Source: an uncultured cyanobacterium
GTDB taxonomy: Bacteria > Cyanobacteriota > Cyanobacteriia > Cyanobacteriales > CAWUOF01
Assembly (NCBI GenBank): GCA_963744145.1
Contig: CAVUSO010000001.1
Coordinates: 4,832,001-4,896,000 of the forward strand
Reading direction: 5' to 3'
DNA: 64,000 nt
In this document: positions 9,987 through 20,277 of the stretch, piece after piece
How positions within the stretch are numbered: the first letter of the stretch is position 1
Layout: each line of letters starts with the position of its first letter
The notes under the pieces: generated by a model
What the model saw: only the letters and a program-made list of their open reading frames with translations
The model's database searches: none
What the model was told of the DNA's origin: nothing
Program-made: the position numbers and the translations under genes

Positions 9987-12461
9987 TTAGTGACATGGAA
10001 ACTGTTGGACGTTAAATTGGGGGACGGCTTGGGCTTGACTGATTAATTCAATTTGGCCATTTTGATTGACTTGCCAACCCGTAGCTTCAATGATGGGTAG
10101 TGGTTCTGGTTTGGTTATTTGAGCCTGATTTCTACTCTGATTCGCCGGATGGAGTCGGCTAGTATAATTAGTGTGGTCTTGCCAGATGTCATCACTGGCA
10201 AAAGCTTTCAATGGATCTTCGGACAAACCACCCCGACCGACTAGGGTGAGTTTACCCTCTTTGTTGTTAGTACAAGTTTGGGTGATTTGTGTGCTAGCGT
10301 CGAGGAGGTTTTGCGGTAGTTGGATGAGACTGAGGTTAGACTGATTGGTGGGATCATTGATGGCGATCGTACCTGATATTCCTAGTTGGGAACTAGCTGT
10401 GATTTGGCGATCGGGAGTATAGGGAGCGGTAAATAAGCCTTGGGTGTTGATGAGGATGTTACCACCATTACCTTTGAAGGCGTTAGCATTGATTTTACTG
10501 TTTTCTAGGAGGGCGAGGGTGTTGGCCTTGAGGGTGATGTTGCCACCGTTACCTGTACCTTGTGCTTGGGTGGAGATTTGGCTGGCTTGGCGTAGTTGGA
10601 GGGCGTTGGTGGTGATGTTGAGGTTGCCCCCTTCACCGGATGCGCTAGCTGCGCTGATCCCTTGGTTGGCGTTGAGGAGAGCGATCGAGCCTGCGTTGAT
10701 ATTGAGGTTGCCTGCGTTGCCTGTGCCTTGATTTCCAACACTAATACTAGCATCATCGGAGACTGTGAGGTGGGGGGTGTTGATAGTCACTGTGCCGGAG
10801 TTTCCTGAAGGGCGATCGGGTAGTCCGAAACGTTTTCGGAAGACTGCTGTCTGAATAAGAGCAGCCGATAGTATTCTAGAGGGCAGTCCCCCTCCTTCTC
10901 CCTGGCCACTGACTTCTACAGAATCAGAGGCATTAATTGTAATTATTCCTGCTGAACCTTGTGCAAGAGTTGAGGTAGTAACAGTTGCTCCATCGCTTAC
11001 TACCAATCTCGATGTATTGATAGTAACAATGCCACTATTTCCTAAAGTGACGGTTGCACTGCCAATAGAAGTAGGTTGAAGAATCGAAGGAATACTTCCA
11101 CTCACTATTACAGAGTCAGAAGCGTTGATGGTTAAATCTCCTGCTTTGCTAGTAGCACTAGCACCAGAAATAGGAGTGTTTACACTTCCCCCATCCAAAA
11201 TGGTTAGCTGTTGAGTTAATAGTGTAGTATTTCCTCCATTTCCTGAGCCAAAAGTCAAAGTACCAAGGAAACTAAAAATACTGGGATTAATACTATAAAA
11301 ACCACTGATCTCGATTGAATCAGAAGCGTTTACATATAAATCACCACCTGTGCCGCTGCCAAAGGTTCTAGTCCATATTACCGCCCCGTTAAGTAGTTGC
11401 AATATTCCCGTTGAAACTTTAATTTGACCACTATTACCTGCTCCTAGAGTCTCATTAACCAAGCTGCTGCGGAAGCTATTTGGGTCAGTTCCAGTCAATT
11501 CCAATAAATCAGAAGCATTAACCGTTATGTTTCCAGATGGTTGTTTACCTTGGTTTTGAATTAAAGCGATGGAACCCTCTGTTAACTTGACCTGTCGACC
11601 CACAATTTGGATCGAGCCACCCCCCAAACCACTAGCATCAAGAGCTGCTTTTCCAGATAAGTTAATATCTAGAAAATTTTGCACTTTATTGTAGCTAAAA
11701 GTCCAACCCAAGGTCGTTGGATTCAATCCAATTTGACCTTCACCAATGCTACCTAGCTCAATATGTCCGCTATCTGCAGTTAGCAGACCTCCAGATAAGC
11801 TAATATTACCGCCAACCAAAGCTAAGGTGTTTCCTGGTTTTACCTGCAAGCCACTGGTACTTTCACCCCGATTAATTGGGGCAAAGGTTGGCTGTAGAAA
11901 CGTAAACCCATGACCGATCCCGTTGACCGAAATTGTTCCTGAATTTTGCCCAATTTGCAAGCCAATCGGTACACTAACTGTTAGTAATGGTGTAATTTGT
12001 GGATTAGTGGCATTGAATGTAAACCCATCATTGAATATAATACTATTAGCTGTAGATGCTAGAAATGAACCACCAATATTTAAACGTGCATTAAGACCAA
12101 AAATAAAACCATTAGGATTAATTAAAAATAAATTAGCTCCCCCATTATTAGTAATTGTCCCATCAATATTAGAGACTTTTCCTCCTGTAACACGACTAAA
12201 AATATTTTGAATATTATTAGTATTATTAAACAAAACTGTTGAATTCGTAGGAATAGAAAATTCTTGAAAACTTTGGAATAGATTGCTACCGGCTGTTGTC
12301 CCACCGTTAATCGTGAATGTATTACCGTTAGGCACGACAACCGAATTATTAGGTAAAGTTCTATCGGGAATAATTTGGGCATCAACGCGAATATAAACTA
12401 AAGAAAATGGGATAACTAATAAAATTTGGCATAACACTTTTCGGCAAAACTTTTTCTTCAT
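9987..12461 (-). CDS. Filamentous-haemagglutinin N-terminal domain (TpsA-like) exoprotein
   Basis: NLFQSFQEFS, SRVTGG, NPNG secretion domain; G-rich beta-helix repeats; C-terminal GRGGL and EATGW; probable start ATG 12461. Confidence 0.9.
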   Translation of the reverse strand: MKKKFCRKVLCQILLVIPFSLVYIRVDAQIIPDRTLPNNSVVVPNGNTFTINGGTTAGSNLFQSFQEFSIPTNSTVLFNNTNNIQNIFSRVTGGKVSNIDGTITNNGGANLFLINPNGFIFGLNARLNIGGSFLASTANSIIFNDGFTFNATNPQITPLLTVSVPIGLQIGQNSGTISVNGIGHGFTFLQPTFAPINRGESTSGLQVKPGNTLALVGGNISLSGGLLTADSGHIELGSIGEGQIGLNPTTLGWTFSYNKVQNFLDINLSGKAALDASGLGGGSIQIVGRQVKLTEGSIALIQNQGKQPSGNITVNASDLLELTGTDPNSFRSSLVNETLGAGNSGQIKVSTGILQLLNGAVIWTRTFGSGTGGDLYVNASDSIEISGFYSINPSIFSFLGTLTFGSGNGGNTTLLTQQLTILDGGSVNTPISGASATSKAGDLTINASDSVIVSGSIPSILQPTSIGSATVTLGNSGIVTINTSRLVVSDGATVTTSTLAQGSAGIITINASDSVEVSGQGEGGGLPSRILSAALIQTAVFRKRFGLPDRPSGNSGTVTINTPHLTVSDDASISVGNQGTGNAGNLNINAGSIALLNANQGISAASASGEGGNLNITTNALQLRQASQISTQAQGTGNGGNITLKANTLALLENSKINANAFKGNGGNILINTQGLFTAPYTPDRQITASSQLGISGTIAINDPTNQSNLSLIQLPQNLLDASTQITQTCTNNKEGKLTLVGRGGLSEDPLKAFASDDIWQDHTNYTSRLHPANQSRNQAQITKPEPLPIIEATGWQVNQNGQIELISQAQAVPQFNVQQFPCH

Positions 12462-12684
12462 TTTGATAAAAAACCTTGGATATAATTGGTTAATTTTTAT
12501 AAATAAACAAGTTACCTTATTATACAACAATACTACTAGATATAAATTTTTGATTAATTTTAGGTTAATTTTAGGTAAAATTGCAACAATTTTAGGGTTT
12601 TGAGCTAATACCAGCAATTCTCATTTAAAAAAAAATAGAGTATTAACCCCGATTTGGAAATTGAAAATATAGTACAAAATAACC

Positions 12685-13076
12685 AAAGAAGTAAGATAAT
12701 ATTGAGTCTCGCCAGTAGTTTTGTTCCAAAGATGACGGATACGATGAACGATGACAATACTTTTTAAACCTGCCCATAATTTGGGTTGGTAAAGGTCAGG
12801 AATAGCCGTAATAGGGATCACCCAAACTTCACGAATTTCCACCCGATGATGCCCTTTCTCAATCCGTTGATCATGAGTGAAATCAATTCCTAAAAAATTA
12901 TTTTCTGTGCAGTTTGGAAGAATTGTTGTACCTGATTATGTAAAGTTGGATGATTGGCTTTAAGTGTCAGAATATAATCAGCTTTTTTATCAATGATCTT
13001 TTGCACAATTTCAGTTTGAGTACCCATGGCATCAATTGTAATAATCGAGCCAGCGATATCAAGTAACTCTAGTAAT
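12685..13076 (-). pseudogene. ISAs1-family transposase internal fragment (frameshifted, both ends missing)
   Basis: LLELLDIAGSIITIDAMGTQTEI...ADYILTLKANHPTL and EKGHHRVEIR...WAGLKS...ETQYYLTSL in different frames. Confidence 0.85.
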
Positions 13077-13477
13077 CAGGGTTAGCGCATCTAATTGTGT
13101 AACCGCAAATACATAATATTTTCATAAAATATGATATCTAGCCATCGAGATCAGAACATCACAAATCTGGTATAGAAAATAGTTGACAAAAGAGCATAGA
13201 GCGTGGTAGGTGAAAAACTATACCGTCCAACTCATAATCTCGCTAGATATTAAAATGTCTCAAGGGTTCGATATCAATATAGCCAATGCTAAACAAAACT
13301 CCCATCCTGCTAGGAAAAACCAAGTAGTAGCTGACTTGATGAAAATACAACAGAGTTTAGTCAAGCATTTTGAAGATGTTGAAGACCCGAGAGTAGACCG
13401 AACAAAAAAAACACTTATTGATAGACATTTTAGTGATTGCAATTCTTGTCAAGCCTAATTGAGATGCTCTTACCCTG
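13077..13477 (+). mobile_element. Internally deleted ISAs1 mini-element
   Basis: Inverted ends CAGGGTTAGCGCATCTA (13077) and GAGATGCTCTTACCCTG (13461-13477); contains the transposase N-terminus HFEDVEDPRVDRTK. Confidence 0.8.
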
Positions 13478-13811
13478 GAAATTTACGCCTTTGTTCAGGT
13501 GTAATGCTTGCCAACCGTTCTTTTTCAATCCAAGCTGCATCAGGAGAGCGATCTCCACCATTAGGTAAATTAAATACAGTTGAAGAACTGAAGGTAAAAC
13601 CTAATCCAGTGCGCCGATTCCAGTTACCTAAATCAATAATTAAGTCAGCTTCTCGATTACCACTATGGCCACCAACTGGTGACATAATAATTAGTTCTCC
13701 GGTAGCACTGCGTTCAAATTGTAACTCTCGGTTATTTTGACATAATTGATAGAACTGTTCGTCGGTGAGGTGAACAGTGTCTAGTTTTAGGTTTAATGGA
13801 CTTGTTACCAT
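13478..13811 (-). pseudogene. Uma2-family endonuclease, 3'-truncated by the ISAs1 end
   Basis: ERSATGELIIMSP, FSSSTVFNLPNGGDRSPDAAW, breaks at RRKF; the CPDFVIEL half is missing. Confidence 0.85.
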
Positions 13812-13886
13812 ATAGTTGAGTCTGAATAGTTGTTTTGACTCAAAAATTGATAATTGATAATCAGTAATTATCAATTATCAATCATC

Positions 13887-15044
13887 TTATTTAACTCGAT
13901 GGGGCGATCGATAAAAAGGTTTTTTGACAACTACTGCTGGGTAAGCTTTACCACGAATTTCTATTTCTAGCTGTTCACCTGGTCGATCTAGATAAGCAGG
14001 AACGTAAGCAAAAGCAATCCCACATTCTAACGTAGGAGACCAAGAGCCGCTAGTAACTTCCCCTACTACTATTCCCCCTGTTAACACTGGATAACCGTGA
14101 CGAGCAATATGACGTCCTTCCATACGCATGGCAACTAATTTTAAGGTTAAACCTTCTTGTTGTTGTCGTTCTAAAGCAGTACGTCCAATAAAATCACCCT
14201 TACTCTTGAGGTGAACTAACCAGTTTAATCCCGATTCTAACGGAGTAGTAGTATCAAGTAAGTCCTGACCATAAAGCATCATTCCTGCTTCTAAACGTAA
14301 GGTATCTCTAGCACCTAATCCACAAGGAGTCACTCCTGCATTTAGAAGCGATCGCCACAATTCGATTCCTACTTCTGGATCTACCATCACCTCAAAGCCA
14401 TCTTCACCAGTATAACCAGTTCTGGCGATAAAACCCTGCTTCCCTAGCACCAGGGTTTCTAAATGTCCAAAAGCTTTAATCGGGGTTAAATTTGCTGCGA
14501 CAAATGGTTGTAGATAATTAACTGCTTGGGGACCTTGAACCGCGAGCAAAACTTTGTCTTTTGACAGATCCTGGAAATTGAGGGTAGTTTTTTCTAAATA
14601 AGTCAAGATCCACGCTTTATCTCTGACTTTAGTAGCTGCGTTGACAATTAGTAAACCTTGTTCCTCGTCAGGGTTAACTAGACCTTGATAATAAAAAATG
14701 AAATCATCTAAGATCCCAGCTTGTCGGTTGAGTAACACGGTATATTGTGCTTCCCCTGGTTTTAACCTTTCTAAATCTGAAGGTACTAAAGCTTGAAGTT
14801 GAGTTCTTAGTTGCTGTCCTTTAATTACAAATTTTCCCATGTGCGAAACATCAAACATTCCCGCACCATTGCGGACAGCTTGATGTTCTTGATTAATCCC
14901 AACATACTGGATGGGCATCTCCCATCCAGCAAAATCGGTCATTTTTGCTTTTAATTCTACAGAAATATCATATAAAGGTGTTTTGGCAAGAGGTTGCCTT
15001 GGTCTTGACTGCTGTTCTTCACTAGCTGGTTGTGTTTTGGCCAC
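13887..15044 (-). CDS. gcvT: Glycine cleavage system aminomethyltransferase T
   Basis: FAGWEMP, FDVSHMG, RTGYTGEDGFE, GLGARDTLRLEAG. Confidence 0.97.
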   Translation of the reverse strand: MAKTQPASEEQQSRPRQPLAKTPLYDISVELKAKMTDFAGWEMPIQYVGINQEHQAVRNGAGMFDVSHMGKFVIKGQQLRTQLQALVPSDLERLKPGEAQYTVLLNRQAGILDDFIFYYQGLVNPDEEQGLLIVNAATKVRDKAWILTYLEKTTLNFQDLSKDKVLLAVQGPQAVNYLQPFVAANLTPIKAFGHLETLVLGKQGFIARTGYTGEDGFEVMVDPEVGIELWRSLLNAGVTPCGLGARDTLRLEAGMMLYGQDLLDTTTPLESGLNWLVHLKSKGDFIGRTALERQQQEGLTLKLVAMRMEGRHIARHGYPVLTGGIVVGEVTSGSWSPTLECGIAFAYVPAYLDRPGEQLEIEIRGKAYPAVVVKKPFYRSPHRVK

Positions 15045-15502
15045 AAATATTGCTTTTTTTCCAAATAAACATCTTCATATATTAAGACGCATATTGCGTA
15101 GCAAAAAAATTCTTACTATTGCTTTAGGTTGGTATATTTACCATTAAATATAATTTTTGTCAATAGCTATAGCGAGCCTAAATAATTTGTGAAGCTTAAA
15201 TACTGTGACGTTTATGTCGTTGTTTGCTGTCTGGGGTTGGGGTGCTGTTGGGAGAGGGTGCGATCGCCAACTTAAAGAAATCGCAAACAATCGGATTGCC
15301 GAATTCTTCAACGTTTGCATGCTGAATGTTACCATATATCATAGTTTTGCTGTCCTAGTGTCGTATAGGATGGCCATGCTCTCGGATGCTTCAACATCGC
15401 GAGGGCAATTTTTGCGTGGTCGTAGTTTAGCGCAAAGTTGGCAAGTTTCCCCCCTAATAGTGAAAAAGTAGAAAATAAATAATCGCAAGGAAATTTAAGA
15501 AA

Positions 15503-16027
15503 ATGGTAGTGTCACTTAATGATTATAAGAAGGTCTGGGGACAGAGAGGGTTTGTATTTCAGCGAGTGCAAGAATATGAAACTAGTTTTGGATACAGTAG
15601 CAGTCGATATGAAGAAAGGATAAATATTCTTTTTCCGACAAGTATGATAGCTGTACAATTTATTCAAAAGCTGCATGAGATTTCAAAAAAGAATCAACAA
15701 CAGGTAGATATTGATATTGAAAAATATCTACAAAACGGTTCGGGTATTGAAAAATGGAACTTACCTTATAAAGAACCTTATAGCTGTCCTTATAGCTTTT
15801 GTAAAAATGCAGTAATATTTAAGCCTTTGTCTTATGTACCTTTTAATTCACCGATACAGATTGCCATTGCTCCATTAGAAGATGTTGTATGGCAAACAAA
15901 ACTTATAATAGATGCAATGGCAGTACATGGATGGGAATATTATAATCCAGCGCGGCAATTTGAGTTATTAAATAAATGGTCAATACGTCCATTAACTGAT
16001 AATGAGTTAGAACAAAATAGGAAATAG
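15503..16027 (+). CDS. Hypothetical protein
   Basis: 174-aa AT-rich ORF with AAGGA upstream; no recognised motif. Confidence 0.55.
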   Translation: MVVSLNDYKKVWGQRGFVFQRVQEYETSFGYSSSRYEERINILFPTSMIAVQFIQKLHEISKKNQQQVDIDIEKYLQNGSGIEKWNLPYKEPYSCPYSFCKNAVIFKPLSYVPFNSPIQIAIAPLEDVVWQTKLIIDAMAVHGWEYYNPARQFELLNKWSIRPLTDNELEQNRK

Positions 16028-16302
16028 TTAGTAGGCGCTAAAATATGTCTTATCTGGATATGCTGTTAAATAAGATAATTTGACTATGGAAATACGTTTT
16101 GACATACTTCTTGAGATCCAAAAAGCGGCCATTTAATTAAAAGCGATCGCACTACTCCCAGCACCATCTCTTATAAATGCGATCGCCCCAAATCCCCATC
16201 AATCACAGAACCCATTATTATATTGGGGCGATCTATCAAACTCGTGGTTCAAGTCAGTTAAACCAAACCCTTGCCTAAATCCCAATCCTCTAGACGATCA
16301 CC

Positions 16303-16914
16303 ATGGCACAAACACTACCCCAATCAAAAAAACTCTTCATTGAACTGCCAGATACCCTCTTATTGCAGGTGACCCAAGCGCAATTTCAAACACTAGCACT
16401 GGTAAATCGCGATTTGAGACTAGAAAGAACCGCCACAGGAGACTTGATGATGAATCCACCAACAGGTTGGGAAACCGGAGAGCGCAACCGCAGTCTGACT
16501 GGTCAACTCGATCGCTGGTATGAAGACCATGAAGATCTCGGAAAAGCCTTTGATTCGTCTACCGGCTTCACTCTGCCCAATGGGGCGATCCGTTCACCCG
16601 ATGTATCCTGGGTGAGCCGAGACGGTTGGGAGGCGTTAACGTCTGAACAAAGAGGAACCTTTGCCAATATTTGCCCCGATTTTGTGGTGGAGTTACGCTT
16701 CGCATCCGATACCCTCCAGTCTTTGCAAGCAAAGATGCAAGAGTACATCGACAACGACGCTAGATTAGGCTGGTTAATTGATCCTCAAAATCGACTGGTA
16801 GAGATTTATCGGCAGGGAAAGGAAGTGGAGATATGGGAAAACCCCACTGAACTATCTGGCGAAGACCTGTTGCCTGGGTTTGTACTGAATTTGCGATCGC
16901 ATAATTTAAAGTAA
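16303..16914 (+). CDS. Uma2-family endonuclease (DUF820)
   Basis: LERTATGDLMMNPP, FDSSTGFTLPNGAIRSPDVSW, CPDFVVEL, LGWLIDP, LSGEDLLPGF. Confidence 0.92.
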   Translation: MAQTLPQSKKLFIELPDTLLLQVTQAQFQTLALVNRDLRLERTATGDLMMNPPTGWETGERNRSLTGQLDRWYEDHEDLGKAFDSSTGFTLPNGAIRSPDVSWVSRDGWEALTSEQRGTFANICPDFVVELRFASDTLQSLQAKMQEYIDNDARLGWLIDPQNRLVEIYRQGKEVEIWENPTELSGEDLLPGFVLNLRSHNLK

Positions 16915-16916
16915 TT

Positions 16917-17369
16917 TTAATTAATTTGTAGTCCTATAACTCCATTAAGCTCGGCTGTATCAAAATTAGCTTCAGTAATATTAGCCCCAGTCACATTTGC
17001 ATAACTAAGATTAGCAGAATTAAAGTCAGCTTTACTAAGGTCTGCTCCAGAAAGATTTGCATAACTAAGGTCGGCATAGTTAAGGTTGGCAGAACGCAGA
17101 CACGCATTACTAAGATTGGCTAAACTCAGATTAGCAGAGCGCAGACAGGCAGAACGTAGATTAGCAGAGTGCAAATTGGCAGAACTTAAATCAGCTCTGC
17201 TCAAGAAAACCCCATGCAGATTAGCTTCAGCTAAATTAGCGCGACTAAGGTTGGATTCACTCAGATAAGCCCCGTTAAGATCAATTTCAGTTTCAGGTTG
17301 ATCTGTTCGCCATTGATTCAAAACTTCGACGCCTTGTTTAAGTAAATCTAAATGTTTAGAGTTCGCCAT
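16917..17369 (-). CDS. Pentapeptide repeat protein
   Basis: MANSKHLDLLKQGV N-cap followed by A(N/D)L repeats. Confidence 0.9.
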   Translation of the reverse strand: MANSKHLDLLKQGVEVLNQWRTDQPETEIDLNGAYLSESNLSRANLAEANLHGVFLSRADLSSANLHSANLRSACLRSANLSLANLSNACLRSANLNYADLSYANLSGADLSKADFNSANLSYANVTGANITEANFDTAELNGVIGLQIN

Positions 17370-17759
17370 AGATCAGAATAGTGCTAAGTAAAAATTCAGA
17401 GTCTTTAGACTATTCTACAACGTAGTATTTGAGTGTAGTCGCCTCCTAGAGCCTAATTTCCTGAGAACTGCGATCGCCCTAATTCGTTCAACCAACTCAT
17501 CACCCCTATTGGCCATTCAGATCAAAGTGATCGCAATCACCAAGAAATTCATCACCAGTCACAGATTGCTACAAGCATATATGTGTAAATGTAAATAGAT
17601 AAATTTCCAGTTAAATATAAAAATAACTCACTCGTAATTCCCCAAAGAGTGGGATTAGAAATAATTGGGCTGGATGTTACGGATATTTGCGAGAATGGGC
17701 TCGCTATAAACATTTTCGAGGATTGATTTAATTATCGAAAAACAGGAGTTAGAAATAAT

Positions 17760-18020
17760 ATGTATAATTGCAAATATTCTATTTCAGATAGGAAGAAGGT
17801 TTCAGATTCAGGGTTGCCTAAAAAGTATACTCTAATTAATTTTCTGGTTGCTCTTTTGATCATGACGCTTTTGGCCGCTGTTAAATTGCCTTCTTTCCCT
17901 AACCAAATAGCAAAAGATCAACGAGCCAAAGGTAGAAATACATTTGGTGCTGTTAACCAAGTAAAGCCAGCTTATAGAACCAATTCGGCATCTTTTAGGA
18001 AAGGGTGGCGAGTCTCTTAA
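17760..18020 (+). pseudogene. Degenerate type IV pilin-like gene fragment
   Basis: YTLINFLVALLIMTLLAAVKLPSFPNQ resembles GFTLIELLVV..I..LAAIALPSFLNQ but lacks the G|F cleavage site and Glu5, and is short. Confidence 0.5.
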
Positions 18021-18217
18021 TCTTGAGCCTAATCAAACAAAGATTGAGCTTAGTGGGATGAGTCAGGGTTGGGAAAAGCGATCGCATTTAAACTAAACTT
18101 CAGGATAGCGATCGCTCACCACCGGTCTAGACTGCGATCGCACCAATTATTTTCCTTTCATGTTGCCCCTATTTCTTCCACACATCAATCTCCAAGGAAG
18201 TGAATTTTCTCTCTTCT

Positions 18218-18545
18218 TCAACGATAAGCAATCAGAAAAAATCGGCGAAACGGGAATAAGATGTGACCATCTTTTTGCTGTGGATAAGCCAACGTATAGC
18301 CGTCGAGCAGCTGTTGCTCAAAGCGTTGTTTTTGGACTTCGTTCGCCAGTGCTTCCAAAAAAGGGCGTAACCCAGTACCGCGAAACCAAGCGAGGATCGC
18401 CTGTGGATTTTCCATCACATGATAGTATTCGGTTTCCCAAATCTCAAGCCGAGTGGCGAGCGATTGCATGATGTCATAATAAAATGACGGAGTTTCTCTT
18501 GTCAGTGCGTTGCGGGCTGCATCCATGAAATGAAATACTGGAAAC
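18218..18545 (-). pseudogene. tam: Trans-aconitate 2-methyltransferase C-terminal fragment
   Basis: YYD...EIWETEYYH, WFRGTGLRPFL, YPQQKDGHILFPFRRFFLIA; SAM-binding N-terminal half replaced by a repeat. Confidence 0.8.
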
Positions 18546-18731
18546 CTTCGGCACAAAGCCCATCGGGTTAATTTTTTCATTTAATGCCCGCTTTTTTTTG
18601 GGAGGCGATCGCACTAACCAATAATCAATCAACACAGTTCCCTGTATTTCCCTGTAGGGGCGAAGCATTCGGGCGAAAAATTATCGCTTATAACGGCTAA
18701 TATTATACCCGAATGCTTCGCCCTTCTTCGC
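18546..18731. repeat. ~190-bp dispersed repeat with GTAG-REP stem-loop (copy A)
   Basis: Near-identical to 23097-23292; contains GTAGGGGCGAAGCATTCGGG...CCCGAATGCTTCGCCCT. Confidence 0.9.
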
Positions 18732-18755
18732 TAAAAAAGGAACCCACACTGAATA

Positions 18756-18965
18756 ATGTTACCATTGAAACTAGACCAAGAAAACGTTCATGCTGCGACC
18801 AGTCCCAAAAAATGTTTTGAGATGGAACAACGGTATGGATGGAAACTCAAAGATATCCGTAAAACTACAGACAGTATCCTAAAAGTAGATTGCGTTTTTT
18901 ATGGAAAGCAAACCAGTTTCGAGGATGAACGATATGAGACAGACTTGGATTATCTACAAAAGTAA
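18756..18965 (+). CDS. Small hypothetical protein
   Basis: 69 aa with RYGWKL and LKVDCVF; overlaps the next gene. Confidence 0.6.
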   Translation: MLPLKLDQENVHAATSPKKCFEMEQRYGWKLKDIRKTTDSILKVDCVFYGKQTSFEDERYETDLDYLQK

Positions 18966-19308
18966 CGATCCAGATGATTTTGGATGGGAAGATCGTCAGC
19001 TTTTACCATCGGGAAGTTTGACAAGTATTCTGTCTGAGGAATGGCATTATTCTAGTAATCCTGAAATTCCCACGGTAGGCGATCGGGTGAGGGAATATGC
19101 TAATCTCAACGATCCTGGTAATGGAGTGACTCACGGACGCGATGGTGAATGGGAGGTTGTGCGTGTTTGCCAGTTCGCCAGCTTTGATACTGACGAAAGA
19201 ATTGTAGTGTGTTACTGCCAGTATCAACCAATTGATGCCCAATGGGAAAAATTAGAGCGGGGTATCCCTGTGGATGAAATCCTAGAAACATCACATCAGA
19301 CAGCATAA
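18934..19308 (+). CDS. Hypothetical protein
   Basis: GWEDRQL.P, P.VGDRV, W.V..V..F, IVVCYC.YQPI; probable start ATG 18934 (ORF track starts at 18901). Confidence 0.65.
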   Translation: MRQTWIIYKSNDPDDFGWEDRQLLPSGSLTSILSEEWHYSSNPEIPTVGDRVREYANLNDPGNGVTHGRDGEWEVVRVCQFASFDTDERIVVCYCQYQPIDAQWEKLERGIPVDEILETSHQTA

Positions 19309-19429
19309 TTTTGTGCAAACACCCAACCTCTAGGTTGTAGAAAGAGAGCGATCGTGTATAATCATTCTAGTTATTCGAGAGCCTGGAGTAACTGTTCTAT
19401 CAAAGTCTTTTCATCAGTCAGTTGGAGCG

Positions 19430-19678
19430 TCAATGGTCAATTTTTTCAGCATAGTTAGTAGATAATTCTGAATTTTGCTCACTCACAATAAATCCTGGTT
19501 CAGGATGAGGAATTTCTAAACTTCCACAAAGTTCCCAAGTTTGAGTTTTAGTAATATCTAAAGATTCCTTGGCTAAATAATCCTCTAATGCTTTGAGTAA
19601 AATAGATTCGATCGATTCTGATTTGTTTCGGATTAGATTCATTAATTTCTCAGGAATTTCTAAGGTAATTTTGCTCAT
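19430..19678 (-). CDS. Putative orphan antitoxin (RHH-like N-terminus)
   Basis: MSKITLEIPE...TQTWELCGSLEI...STNYAE; GGAG upstream. Confidence 0.6.
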   Translation of the reverse strand: MSKITLEIPEKLMNLIRNKSESIESILLKALEDYLAKESLDITKTQTWELCGSLEIPHPEPGFIVSEQNSELSTNYAEKIDH

Positions 19679-19821
19679 CTAATTAACTCCATTATATTCT
19701 AAAATATTATAGCTAAAACTAACCACACAATCTGTAAGAGTAATCTCCCTGTGATTGCCCCAAACACCGATCGCATCAGCAACACAACAAAGCAACTATA
19801 GAACATTCGGACATCGTATTT

Positions 19822-19893
19822 GTAGGGGCAAAGCATTTCGGCAGATCAATAATTGCTTAGAACCAGAGAAATATGACCGAAATGCTTTGCCCT
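19822..19893. repeat. GTAG-REP stem-loop (GTAGGGGCAAAGCATTTCGG family)
   Basis: Arms GGGCAAAGCATTTCGG / CCGAAATGCTTTGCCC; inverted homologue at 28010-28080. Confidence 0.85.
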
Positions 19894-20055
19894 CGGCTAT
19901 TTATGAATCAAATAGATCAGTAAAAAATTCTTGCCCAAAGTGTTAAAAGTGGACGATCGCCAAAAACATTCCCCTGGACAAAGGAGATTACCCTTGGACC
20001 AATGGGAAAGAACAGACCCGGAAATTAGACGAGTAGCAGAAAAATTTGTTATGGC

Positions 20056-20264
20056 TATGACACGAACCGATTTAAAAACTCTTGTTAGTTCGCCAAGTTT
20101 CGGGCTGGATTATTACTCCTTAGCGCCCCATAAAATAACTCTGCTTTTACTACCGAACAAACAGTAATATCTTCTGGCGATATTGTTTGTATCCTTTCTC
20201 TGATTGCCGCCGAACGACCGTTTAAGTATCTCGCACAAACATTAGTATCTAATAAATAAATCAC
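20056..20264 (-). pseudogene. vapC: VapC PIN toxin remnant (not in the ORF track)
   Basis: Manual translation MIYLLDTNVCARYLNGRS...VCSVVKAELFYGALRSNNPARNLAN*QEFLNRFVS*; internal stop and 3' truncation. Confidence 0.8.
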
Positions 20265-20277
20265 AAAATACTATTCC

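Noticed and set aside
10444..10808. Overlapping ORFs in three frames
   Set aside because: Shadow ORFs from the GC-rich part of the FHA-like gene
15045..15480. Glycine riboswitch or tRNA upstream of gcvT
   Set aside because: No GGAGA/CCGAAG/CTCTCAGG aptamer motifs and no cloverleaf or T-loop found by eye
18474..18668. ORF in repeat copy A (and 23091-23339 in copy B)
   Set aside because: Starts inside the REP stem-loop; treated as repeat sequence, though the tail might derive from a gene 3' end
19755..20167. Two plus-strand ORFs (63 and 78 aa)
   Set aside because: One spans a REP; the other is largely antisense to the vapC remnant
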